This document shows, piece by piece, positions 38,683-47,581 of a DNA stretch of 64,000 bases. The notes beneath the pieces are model-generated. The model searched no databases and had not been told where the DNA came from. It worked only from the letters and a program-made list of their open reading frames with translations. The translations under genes were made by a program, and so were the position numbers. The DNA lies in the NCBI GenBank assembly GCA_965202805.1, contig OZ241869.1:2560001-2624000 (forward strand), written 5' to 3'. The stretch is from Longimicrobiales bacterium (lineage in GTDB: Bacteria > Gemmatimonadota > Gemmatimonadetes > Longimicrobiales > Gaopeijiaceae). The first letter of the stretch is position 1. Every line of letters begins with the position of its first letter.

Positions 38683-39996
38683 ATGTCCCCCCGGAACGCG
38701 CCCGCCCTGATTCGCGACCCGATCTGGGGCTCCATCCGGCTGGACGCGACCGCCGTCCGCATCACGGACGCTCCCGCCTTTCAGCGGCTGCGCTACATCC
38801 GCCAGCTCGGGCTGGCCCACCTCGTCTACCCGGGCGCAACCCACACCCGCTTCGCCCACGCGCTCGGCGTGCACCACCTGGTGAGCACCGCCCTGCGCGC
38901 GCTCCGCGAGCGGGAACCCCTCCCCGACCAGGTGTGGCGGGGCGCGCGGCTGGTGCCCTACGCGGGACTCCTGCACGACATCGGCCACTACCCCTTCTCG
39001 CACGCGCTCGACGATCTGCGCGGCGACGATCATCCGGGCGATCACGAGGCGGTCGCGGCGCACTTTCTCGAGTCACCCGGCGTGCGCGAGGCCCTGACCG
39101 GCCTGGGACCGGGGGCCGCCGGGGAGATCGGCGCGCTCATCCGCGGCGAGAGCACCGCCCCGCTGCGGGGCCTGGTGCACGGAAGCCTCGACATGGACAA
39201 GATGGACTACCTCCGGCGGGACGCCCGCTCCTGCGGGGTGCCCTACGGAGAGGTCGATGTCGAGCGCCTTCTGCAGGGCCTCGTCATGCTCGAGGATCCG
39301 GAGACCGGCGCTTTCGAGGTGGGGGTGGGAGAGAAGGCGGTCAGCGCGCTGGAATCCCTCCTGTTCGCCAAGTATCAGATGTTCCGGAACGTGTACTGGC
39401 ACCACGGAGTGCGGGCGGGCACGGTGCTCTGCGCGCGCATCGTCAACGACGCGGTGGCCGCCGGGCTGGTCGGAGGGCGTGAGCTGGCGGGCCCGACGGA
39501 CGACGAACTCCTGCACCTGATCGGTCGCCGTGCACAGGCCCGCGGCGGACCCGTCGCCGACCGCATCCGCCGCCGCTGGCTCCCCGCCCTGCGGGCACGC
39601 CGTCTCCCCAAGCGCGCCGCCGAACTCACCGCCGCCGACCTGGGCGACCGGAGCCTCCCTGCCTGGATCGAGGCCCCGGGTCCGGAACGGCGGCGGCGGG
39701 AGGACCAGCTGGCCGAAGCGCTCTCCCTGGAGCCCGGCGAGGTGGTGATCGACTTTCCCTGCAAGCCGGCGATGTTCCAGGTGGATCTCCTGGTGCGACG
39801 CCGCAACGGGCGTGCCGAGAGGCTCGGCAAGGCCGGAATCCCCGGCGTAATCGATCTTCCCAGGGTGGCCCGCGAGCTCTACCGCACGTCCCGGGTGCTG
39901 CGCGTCTTCACCTTCCAGAAGAGGTCTCTCACGCCCGACGCGGTCCTCCGTCTGATCACGGAAACCAACGGGAACCCCGGCGGCAGTCGGGGTTAG
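38683..39996 (+). CDS. HD-domain phosphohydrolase (dNTP triphosphohydrolase/SAMHD1-like family)
   Basis: IRDPIWG, FQRLRYIRQLG, YPGATHTRFAHALG, LLHDIGHYPFSH, DMDKMDYLRRD, VYWHH. Confidence 0.9.
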   Translation: MSPRNAPALIRDPIWGSIRLDATAVRITDAPAFQRLRYIRQLGLAHLVYPGATHTRFAHALGVHHLVSTALRALREREPLPDQVWRGARLVPYAGLLHDIGHYPFSHALDDLRGDDHPGDHEAVAAHFLESPGVREALTGLGPGAAGEIGALIRGESTAPLRGLVHGSLDMDKMDYLRRDARSCGVPYGEVDVERLLQGLVMLEDPETGAFEVGVGEKAVSALESLLFAKYQMFRNVYWHHGVRAGTVLCARIVNDAVAAGLVGGRELAGPTDDELLHLIGRRAQARGGPVADRIRRRWLPALRARRLPKRAAELTAADLGDRSLPAWIEAPGPERRRREDQLAEALSLEPGEVVIDFPCKPAMFQVDLLVRRRNGRAERLGKAGIPGVIDLPRVARELYRTSRVLRVFTFQKRSLTPDAVLRLITETNGNPGGSRG

Positions 39997-40157
39997 GAAG
40001 CGTGGCACCGTTCTCCGGTGTTCTGGACAATCCCGGAAATCTTATTATGCTTAAGGGCTGCGGACCTTACGCCTTGTGCGTGGGTATGCGGGGCCGACAC
40101 GAACGAAATGCCGGGGCGCCAATCGTCGCCGGAGCCGACAAGGAGACCGTTTTCAGA

Positions 40158-41087
40158 ATGCCCGCTACGCTGCGAAAGAAGGTGGTTCGTAGGAAGAAGG
40201 TGGTTCGTCGCCGAAAGAAGCGCTCGACCAGCCTGCTCGTCGGCTTCGATACCGGCGTCGAGGAGCAGAGTGCGCTCGACCAGTACCTGCGCGACGTCAG
40301 CCGGCACGAACTGATCACCCCGGAGCAGGAGAAGGTGCTGGGGGCGCGGGCTCAGAAGGGCGACGAGGACGCGGTGCAGGAACTGGCGCGCGCCAACCTG
40401 CGGTTCGTCATCAGCGTGGCCAAGAAGTACCAGAATCGGGGCGTATCGCTCACGGATCTCATCCAGGAGGGCAACGTCGGCCTGGTCACGGCGGCCCGGA
40501 AGTTCGATCCTGAGCAGGGGGTCAAGTTCATCAGCTACGCCGTGTGGTGGATCCGCCAGGCCATCCTGGCCTCCCTGGCCAATCAGGGCCGCTCGGTGCG
40601 GGTTCCGCTGAATCGCGCCTCCGACCTCGCGCGCATCTTCCGCGAGAAGGAGCGGCTGCGGCAGGAGCGCGGCCGGGAGCCCTCCCCCGAGGAGCTGTCC
40701 AAGGCGACCCGGCTCACCCCCGAACTGATCGAGTCGCTCCAGACCCTGAACGCCGCCGAAATCCGTCTCGACGCACCCATCGGCGACAGCGAGGACTCCC
40801 AACTGGTGGAGCGGTTCCTCACGGAGGAGGCGACCGAGCCCGAGCTGGGGGTGGAAGCCCGGCTGCTGGCCGAGTCGGTCAACGTGGCGCTCACCACGCT
40901 CGAGGCCCGCGACGCCAAGGTCCTGCGCCTCTATTTCGGGCTGCAGGGCGAGCGGGAGCACACGCTGGAGGAGATCGGCAACATGCTGGGGGTCACGCGC
41001 GAGCGGATCCGCCAGCTGCGCGACCGGGCGCTGCGCCGCCTGCGGGACGGCGAGAAGGGATCCGCGCTGGAATCCTTCGCCGCGTGA
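40158..41087 (+). CDS. RNA polymerase sigma-70 factor, RpoD/SigA-like with a basic N-terminus
   Basis: ANLRFVISVAKKY, DLIQEGNVGL, KFISYAVWWIRQ, VTRERIRQ; AGGAG RBS; TGGACA-N16-TATGCT at 40024-40051. Confidence 0.94.
   Translation: MPATLRKKVVRRKKVVRRRKKRSTSLLVGFDTGVEEQSALDQYLRDVSRHELITPEQEKVLGARAQKGDEDAVQELARANLRFVISVAKKYQNRGVSLTDLIQEGNVGLVTAARKFDPEQGVKFISYAVWWIRQAILASLANQGRSVRVPLNRASDLARIFREKERLRQERGREPSPEELSKATRLTPELIESLQTLNAAEIRLDAPIGDSEDSQLVERFLTEEATEPELGVEARLLAESVNVALTTLEARDAKVLRLYFGLQGEREHTLEEIGNMLGVTRERIRQLRDRALRRLRDGEKGSALESFAA
40176..40208 (+). repeat. Tandem duplication AAGAAGGTGGTTCGT (18-nt period) encoding KKVVRR twice
   Basis: Identical 15-mers at 40176-40190 and 40194-40208. 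Confidence 0.85.
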
Positions 41088-41180
41088 CGTAGGGGTGCGG
41101 CGCCGCCTCGCACCCTTCTTCCCCCGCCGGGGGTCTCCATCCCCCGCGTCACCCGTCCGGGCTCACCGTATCGCCGGCCT

Positions 41181-42080
41181 GTGACCTCCGTCGGTCGGGT
41201 GCATGCAGTCGTCGGGGGCGTCTACCGCGTCGAGCTCGACGACGGCGGTTCGGTCGACTCCTCGCTCCGCGGACGGCTCAAGGCCAGGCCCTGGAAGGGA
41301 GGCCGCGTGGTCATCGGCGATCGCGTCAGGGTGGCGGTCGATGGCGACGACGCCACCATCGAGGAGGTGCTCCCGCGCACGACCACCTTCCTGCGCCGGG
41401 GGGCGCACGGGCGGACGGCGAAGGTGATGGCGGCCAATCTCGAACGGGTCGTCGTGGTGATGTCGGCGCGCAACCCGGATCTCAGCCTGGGTTATCTGGA
41501 CCGCATCCTCGCCGTGTGCGCGGCCAACGCGCTTCCCTGCACGCTGGTGATCAACAAGCAGGACCTTCCGGGAGCTCCCGCGGCCTCGGAGCCGGTGCGC
41601 GACCTGTATCGCGGGATCGGCTACGAAGTCGTCCTTGCCAGCGCCGAATCGGGCCTCGGCCTCGAGCGGCTGCGCTCGGTCGCCGTGCGCGGCATCTGCG
41701 CTCTGATCGGCCCCTCGGGGGCGGGCAAGTCCAGCCTCCTGAACCGGCTGGACCCGTCCCTGGACCTGCGCATCGGCGACCTCAGCCGCAAGACCGGCAC
41801 GGGCCGGCACACCACGGTGACCAGCCGCCTGCTTCGGCTCTCCGACGGTACCCTGGTGGCGGACACGCCGGGTTTCGGAGACGTCGGCCTGTGGGGTGTT
41901 CCGGCGAGGCGACTTGACCGATGTTTCCCCGAGATCGAAACGCTCGCGGACGAATGCCGGTTCCGCGGGTGCAGCCATGTGCATGAACCCGACTGCGCCG
42001 TCGGCGAAAGCGTCCGAACGGGGCGGATCGCACAGAGCCGCTACGCGCACTACCAGGCACTGCTGGAGGAAGCCGATTGA
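41181..42080 (+). CDS. rsgA: Small ribosomal subunit biogenesis GTPase RsgA
   Basis: Circularly permuted NKQD, GPSGAGKSS, GRHTT, DTPG; Zn site CRFRGCSHVHEPDC. Confidence 0.95.
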   Translation: MTSVGRVHAVVGGVYRVELDDGGSVDSSLRGRLKARPWKGGRVVIGDRVRVAVDGDDATIEEVLPRTTTFLRRGAHGRTAKVMAANLERVVVVMSARNPDLSLGYLDRILAVCAANALPCTLVINKQDLPGAPAASEPVRDLYRGIGYEVVLASAESGLGLERLRSVAVRGICALIGPSGAGKSSLLNRLDPSLDLRIGDLSRKTGTGRHTTVTSRLLRLSDGTLVADTPGFGDVGLWGVPARRLDRCFPEIETLADECRFRGCSHVHEPDCAVGESVRTGRIAQSRYAHYQALLEEAD

Positions 42081-42106
42081 ATGCGCCCGGGCGGGGAGGA
42101 TCGGCA

Positions 42107-42628
42107 ATGGAAGCCGGGCGCGGGGCCCCGCGGACGGTCGGGACCGCCTCCGGATTGGACGGAATGGTAGACCAGAATCGGTTTCGGGACGTGATGAGTC
42201 GCCTGGTGACCGGCGTTGCGGTGGTCGCCAGCCGGCTCGACGGCTCGGTGCACGGGCTGACGGTCAACGCCGTCAGCTCGGTGTCGCTGGATCCGCCCCT
42301 GGTCCTGGTGTGTCTCGACCGGGGCGGAAACTCGCACGATCCCGTCATTGCCTCGGGGGCCTTCGCGGTCAGCGTGCTGGCGAGCGACCAGGAAGAACTG
42401 GCCCATCGCTTCGCGCGCGGAACCCACCGCGAGCGATTCGCCGGGGTCGAGTTTCGCGACGGCGCGTCCGGCAGCCCGGTCCTGCCGGACGCACTCGCCT
42501 GGCTGGACTGCGCGATCCGGGCCGTGCATCCCGCGGGCGACCATTCCATCGTGGTGGGTGAGGTGCTGGGGTGCGGGGCCGGGGAAGGCGATCCGCTGGT
42601 GTTCTTCCGAAGCGAGTACGGGCGATGA
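42107..42628 (+). CDS. Flavin reductase family protein
   Basis: FRDVMSRLVTGVAVV, SVSLDPPLVLVC, AGDHSIVVG; GGAGGA RBS. Confidence 0.9.
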   Translation: MEAGRGAPRTVGTASGLDGMVDQNRFRDVMSRLVTGVAVVASRLDGSVHGLTVNAVSSVSLDPPLVLVCLDRGGNSHDPVIASGAFAVSVLASDQEELAHRFARGTHRERFAGVEFRDGASGSPVLPDALAWLDCAIRAVHPAGDHSIVVGEVLGCGAGEGDPLVFFRSEYGR

Positions 42629-43413
42629 CGGGCATGGGCACGACGATCCGCCGGACGCATCTGGCAGCGTTTCTTCTCGGCGGAGTGATGGGCGTGATGG
42701 CCGAGATGGCCGCCGGGCTGATCCTCTACGAGGGATCCGGGCTCCTGCGGGCGACCACCGTCGTCCTCACGACCGAGGCCGCCGCCGCGGGGGCGGGGCT
42801 GCTCTTCGCCACCCGCGTTCCCACGGACGAGATACCCCGGCACCTGCGGCGACACCTGCACCTCACGCTGGTGTCGCTGGGGCTCGCCGGCATCCTGACG
42901 TCGTTGTGGGGCTACTTCGGCGGCCTGTCGGTGGTCCAGGGCGGACAGGCGGCCGCGCTGGCCCTGCTGGCGGCGCTCCCGCTCTACATGGCGGGATCGG
43001 TGCTCGGGCTGGTGTGCCGGGCGGACAGCCGCACTGCACAGGGGGGAACCGTGGCCGGGGGCGGACCCGCGCTGCTGGGCGCCGCGACCGGATTCCTGCT
43101 CTACGGGCTCTTCCTGATTCCGCGTCTCGCGCCCCCGGTGCTGGTGCTGTTGTGCATGGCCGCGGTGTCGGGCGCTGCCCTGCTGGTTGGATCCGCCCTC
43201 ACGCGCGAGAGCGAGGATTCGGGCGACGGGGAGGCAGACCGAACGGATCCTGACGCCGCGGCCGGGGAAGAAGATGCGGCGGGCGCGGCCCGGGTGCTCC
43301 AGATGTCCCTGGAGGACGAAGGGCTTGGCGCACCAGCCGGGCCGGCGACGCTTCGGGACTCGGGGGAGCATCGACCTCAACCATTCGAATCAGCAGGAAA
43401 CCGGGAGTCATGA
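42625..43413 (+). CDS. Multi-pass membrane protein
   Basis: ATGA overlap; about six hydrophobic segments; acidic tail. Confidence 0.72.
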   Translation: MTGMGTTIRRTHLAAFLLGGVMGVMAEMAAGLILYEGSGLLRATTVVLTTEAAAAGAGLLFATRVPTDEIPRHLRRHLHLTLVSLGLAGILTSLWGYFGGLSVVQGGQAAALALLAALPLYMAGSVLGLVCRADSRTAQGGTVAGGGPALLGAATGFLLYGLFLIPRLAPPVLVLLCMAAVSGAALLVGSALTRESEDSGDGEADRTDPDAAAGEEDAAGAARVLQMSLEDEGLGAPAGPATLRDSGEHRPQPFESAGNRES

Positions 43414-44150
43414 CAGAGATGAGGGACAGCAGACACGGCAGGTGCACGGACAATACGCGCGCGGCAGCCTTCGTTTTTCTGGCGGCGATCGGTCTGGCGG
43501 CATGCGCTCCCCAGGGCGGCGGCGGGCGGCTCGAGGTGCGCACGCTCGAAGTCCGAGCCACCAGCGCGGACAGCATGGTCGTCGAGGGCGCCGCCGTCGA
43601 TTCCACCTGGACCATCCCCGGGGACGACGCCCGGCAGCTGACCCGTTCGCTGGTGCTCGAGCCGGGCGACCAGTCGGAGACCCCGAACCCGCTCGTGGAT
43701 GTCGCCCTGCGCGCACTGGTCACGGGCTACCAGTTTCTCCCACCGGGCGAACTCCCGGACGACATCGAGAGCACCGAGGACAGCGCCAATGGGCTCCTGG
43801 AGATATCCCTGCAGCAGGGAATCAATTTCCGGGCGATCGTGGTCACCAACTACAGCCGGGGCGAAGACCTCGCGTGGCGCGGCCAGGCCAGCTTCGGGGA
43901 CCGCATGGTGTGGATCGACAGCCGGGTCTTGCCCGCGGACACCGTCAGGCTCGCTCTGGATGGAGACTACGAGGATGTGCGCGATGTCGCGGGCGGGCAG
44001 CAGGCCGTCCTGCGCGCGCAGGGCACCCTCTCCGTGGCCACGGGCGGCGAATACGCGGTCGAGTTGACGGAGCGCGTCGAGATCATGGAGGTGTCGGCCG
44101 AGGGCGTGGCGCGGATGATGGGCGGCGTGAGGGTTGAGTCGGAGCCGTAG
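43410..44150 (+). CDS. Hypothetical lipoprotein
   Basis: ATGA overlap; lipobox LAAC. Confidence 0.7.
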   Translation: MTEMRDSRHGRCTDNTRAAAFVFLAAIGLAACAPQGGGGRLEVRTLEVRATSADSMVVEGAAVDSTWTIPGDDARQLTRSLVLEPGDQSETPNPLVDVALRALVTGYQFLPPGELPDDIESTEDSANGLLEISLQQGINFRAIVVTNYSRGEDLAWRGQASFGDRMVWIDSRVLPADTVRLALDGDYEDVRDVAGGQQAVLRAQGTLSVATGGEYAVELTERVEIMEVSAEGVARMMGGVRVESEP

Positions 44151-44228
44151 GAGATCCAGCAGTCCGTGGACGAATCCGCGCGCGCACCGAGAGCGGCGAG
44201 GCGCCGGGCCGGCAAGGCGCCTTGAAGG

Positions 44229-45419
44229 TCAGGGCGCGGCTGGTTCGAGCCTGCTGACCACGGCCCGCGGAACGTCCAGTTCGTCCTCGCGGCGCAGCAG
44301 TACGACGTCCCTTCTCGCGTCCAGCAGTTCCTCGTCGGCCGCCAGCGTCACCTGGAACAACGGCGTGAACCGCTCCATGTCCCACACCCGCCAGGTCACG
44401 CTGTCCTGGTCGGTGAAGTGGTAGTCGCGCACCCAGAGCCTCTCGTCGAAGTCGACGAACAGCTCATCGATGGGCGGTGCCAGGTCGTTCACCGGCCAAT
44501 GGTCCATATTGAGGCGCAGCGAGCGTAGGTCGGCTACTTCCTCTTCGGACCAAACCCGGCTCAACATCGTCGCCATTCTCGATGGTTCATCAGCCCTGTA
44601 GTCGCGTACCGCACGCACCTGGTCTCCGGATGGTCGAACGGCAGGGGGCATGGGGATGCGGCCGACTTCGCCTCCATCCCATCCGAACACCCGGATCGCT
44701 TCCTGGTCGGTCTCGGCGATGGTGACGCGATCCGAAGAGGCCGCCATCAGGGTGGAATGCCCGAAGATCACGCTGCCACTGCTGTTCGCCTCGTAGTAGT
44801 ATTCGGAGCCCTTGGCCTGGGCGACGACCTCAACTTCGCCTGCGCTGTTCACCGCCAGGTACTCGATCGCGTCCCATGTACGTCCCCGGTAGCTGCGGAA
44901 ATCCTTGTCGTCCCTGTCACGGAAGACGATACGACCATCCGGATGAACGGCTACCGGCAGTGCGTCCATGACGCCGCCCTTGAACGGGGCGGTGTTGTAG
45001 CGCATGTCGCCCACAAGCTCGCCGCTGTTGTCGAGGAACACGACGCGAACCCGGTAGTTGTCCTGGAGCGCGATGCCCTGCGGGCTACGCAAGACACGCT
45101 GGATGCGGCGGAACTCGAGTGGCCCCCCGCCTTCCCGGCCGAACACTTTGGCTTCCCCGGACGCCATGTCGACGAAGTAGACCTCGGTGCGTTCGACCAG
45201 AACCATTCCGGAATCGGGAAGGAAGAACCCGCCGACGATGACCGACAATGCGTGGGTGAGCTGTGGAAGCTCCGACGAGTCGAACGTCGAAGGACCGGGG
45301 AGGAGGGAGTGGTTCGCCTCCTGTTCCGCGCGAGGCTGGTTCGAGGCATCCCCCATGCCTCCGCATCCCGCGCTCCACATGCCCAGGCAGAGTAGTCCGG
45401 CGATCGGCTTCTTTCGCAT
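44229..45419 (-). CDS. 6-bladed beta-propeller-like lipoprotein
   Basis: Lipobox SAGC; FGREGGGPLEF and VDFDERLWVRDY motifs; C-terminal DELDVP. Confidence 0.78.
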   Translation of the reverse strand: MRKKPIAGLLCLGMWSAGCGGMGDASNQPRAEQEANHSLLPGPSTFDSSELPQLTHALSVIVGGFFLPDSGMVLVERTEVYFVDMASGEAKVFGREGGGPLEFRRIQRVLRSPQGIALQDNYRVRVVFLDNSGELVGDMRYNTAPFKGGVMDALPVAVHPDGRIVFRDRDDKDFRSYRGRTWDAIEYLAVNSAGEVEVVAQAKGSEYYYEANSSGSVIFGHSTLMAASSDRVTIAETDQEAIRVFGWDGGEVGRIPMPPAVRPSGDQVRAVRDYRADEPSRMATMLSRVWSEEEVADLRSLRLNMDHWPVNDLAPPIDELFVDFDERLWVRDYHFTDQDSVTWRVWDMERFTPLFQVTLAADEELLDARRDVVLLRREDELDVPRAVVSRLEPAAP

Positions 45420-45546
45420 GTCTGCTGTCCTAACCGAGACTCGATGGTGCGGCAAGGGGTCACCCCCGCAAGGCGCGCCTGCCGGTCCGCACGAATGCGT
45501 GTCCGCCGGACCAGATCGGATGATGGACTAAGTCCGGTTAGTTGGA

Positions 45547-47556
45547 CTAATCTGCTCTTTGCAGCAGCAGATTCCCCGATTCGTCGACCTGCGCGCGCCA
45601 CCCGGAAGGAATCCAGGTGGTCGAGCTGTACTCCAGGACGAGGCCCGGGCCCGGCAGCGCGTGCCCGGCGCGAAGATCGCGCCGCCACCAGCAGGCGGCG
45701 TCGCGGAGGCGGCCGCCGGCGTGTACCCGGGCGGTGCGGGCGGGCGGCGTGGCCTCGGTTGCGGGCTGGAGCGCGGGCGGGTCCAGGGACAGGCCGGGGG
45801 CCCGGGTCACGACCCGCAGCGTCACCGCCTCTACCCGGGCGTCGTCCTGGCGGTAGCCGTACCGCTGCGCGTGGGCCCGGTGGAATCGCTCCACCCAGCC
45901 GTCCGCGCGCACCGGGAGCTCGTAGCTCTGGCCCAGGTAGCGGGCGTCCACCCAGCGCTCCACGGCGAGCGACGCGCGGCCGTAGCCTTCTTCGGCCATG
46001 CGGGTGGTCGCGGTCTGCTCCAGCTCGGCGAACACCTCGCCGAGCTGGGCGTCGCAGGCGGCGTCATCGTGGGCGACGAGCACCGTGCGCGAGGCCTCCT
46101 TGGTGACCGGGGCGGCCAGCATGCCGTAGGCGGACAGCAGGCCCGGGTCGGGCGGGATCATCGCGCCGGCGGCGCCCAGGCGCTCGCTCAGCTCCGCCAC
46201 GTGGAGGCCCCCCGCCCCCCCGAACGCGACCACCACGAAGCCGGCCGGGTCGTGGCCGCGCTCCACCGAGATGACGCGCAGCGCCCGTTCCATCGAGCTG
46301 TTCACCACGGCCAGGATGCCGGCCGCCGCGTCCTCCATGGTGGAGCCCAGACGGCCGGCCAGCTCGGCCAGGGGCGCCTCCACCGCGCCCCGGTCGAGGG
46401 TCGCGCCACCACCCAGGAAGCCGTCCGCGGGCAGGCGGCCCAACCACACGTGGGCGTCGGTGACGGTCAGCCCCCCACCCCCGCGACCGTAGCAGATCGG
46501 CCCCGGCACCGCGCCCGCGCTCTCGGGACCCACCCGGAGGGCGCCGCCGGGGTCCACCCGGGCGAGGGAGCCGCCGCCGGCCCCCACCGTGTGGATGTCG
46601 ATCACCGGGATGGCGGCGGGCTGCCCTCCGATGGTGAATTCCCGGGTGCGCAACGGCCGTCCCGGGCAGAGCGACACATCGGTGGAGGTGCCGCCCATGT
46701 CGAAGGTGACGATGTCCCGGAAGCCGGCCCGACGCGCCCAGGCGAGCGCCCCCACCACCCCGCCCGCCGGCCCCGACAGGACGGTGTGAACCGGCTCCTC
46801 GCGCGCCCGCGCGACCGGCAGCGCCCCCCCGTTCGACCCCATGATGCGGACCGCCCGCGCCCCCGACCGCTCCTCCAGCCGCCCCAGGTAGCCGGAAACC
46901 ACCGGCGCGATGTAGGCGTTCACGACCGTGGTCGAGGTGCGCTCGTACTCGCGGTACTCGGGGAGGATCTCCGAGGACACCGAGACCGCATGGCCCGCCG
47001 CGCGCAGCCGTTCCGCCACCGCCGCCTCGTGCGCGGGGTCGGCGTAGGCGTGCAGCAGCGCCACCGCCCACACCTCCGCCTCGCGGTCCCCCAGCGCTTC
47101 GACCTCGGCCGGGTCGAGCGGCTCGATCTCCTCCCCCTGCGGCCCCAGCCGCCCGCGGATGCCCACCCGGTCGGCGCGCGCCACCAGCGGCGGCGGCCGG
47201 TGCCCGGCCAGGGCGTAGAGCTGCGGGCGGTTCTGGCGCCCGATCTCGATCACGTCCTCGAAGCCCCGGTTGGTCACCAGCACGACGCGCGCGCCCTTGC
47301 GCTCGAGCAGGGCGTTGGTCCCGACCGTCGAGCCGTGCACCATCAGGAAGGGCCGGTCCTCGTCCATCAGCTGCCGCACCCCCGAGAGCACCGCCTCCGA
47401 GGGATCCGCCGGAGTGGAGGGCAGCTTCAGTGTGGAAACCCGCCCGCCGCGGTAGAGCACGAAGTCGGTGAAGGTCCCCCCCGTGTCCACCGCCAGCACC
47501 GGGACACCGGACACCCGGTCCGGCGCCACCTGCCCGCCCGGGGTGTTGCTAGGCAT
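45547..47556 (-). CDS. Hydantoinase A / 5-oxoprolinase N-terminal subunit
   Basis: VDTGGTFTD, HGSTVGTNALLERKG, SGPAGG, DMGGTSTD, GAGGGS, PGPICYGRGG. Confidence 0.93.
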   Translation of the reverse strand: MPSNTPGGQVAPDRVSGVPVLAVDTGGTFTDFVLYRGGRVSTLKLPSTPADPSEAVLSGVRQLMDEDRPFLMVHGSTVGTNALLERKGARVVLVTNRGFEDVIEIGRQNRPQLYALAGHRPPPLVARADRVGIRGRLGPQGEEIEPLDPAEVEALGDREAEVWAVALLHAYADPAHEAAVAERLRAAGHAVSVSSEILPEYREYERTSTTVVNAYIAPVVSGYLGRLEERSGARAVRIMGSNGGALPVARAREEPVHTVLSGPAGGVVGALAWARRAGFRDIVTFDMGGTSTDVSLCPGRPLRTREFTIGGQPAAIPVIDIHTVGAGGGSLARVDPGGALRVGPESAGAVPGPICYGRGGGGLTVTDAHVWLGRLPADGFLGGGATLDRGAVEAPLAELAGRLGSTMEDAAAGILAVVNSSMERALRVISVERGHDPAGFVVVAFGGAGGLHVAELSERLGAAGAMIPPDPGLLSAYGMLAAPVTKEASRTVLVAHDDAACDAQLGEVFAELEQTATTRMAEEGYGRASLAVERWVDARYLGQSYELPVRADGWVERFHRAHAQRYGYRQDDARVEAVTLRVVTRAPGLSLDPPALQPATEATPPARTARVHAGGRLRDAACWWRRDLRAGHALPGPGLVLEYSSTTWIPSGWRAQVDESGNLLLQRAD

Positions 47557-47581
47557 CGGCGAGCGCGTCAGGTTCGGTCGC

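Noticed and set aside
47557..47581. trp attenuator or leader peptide
   Set aside because: No space and no Trp-codon leader
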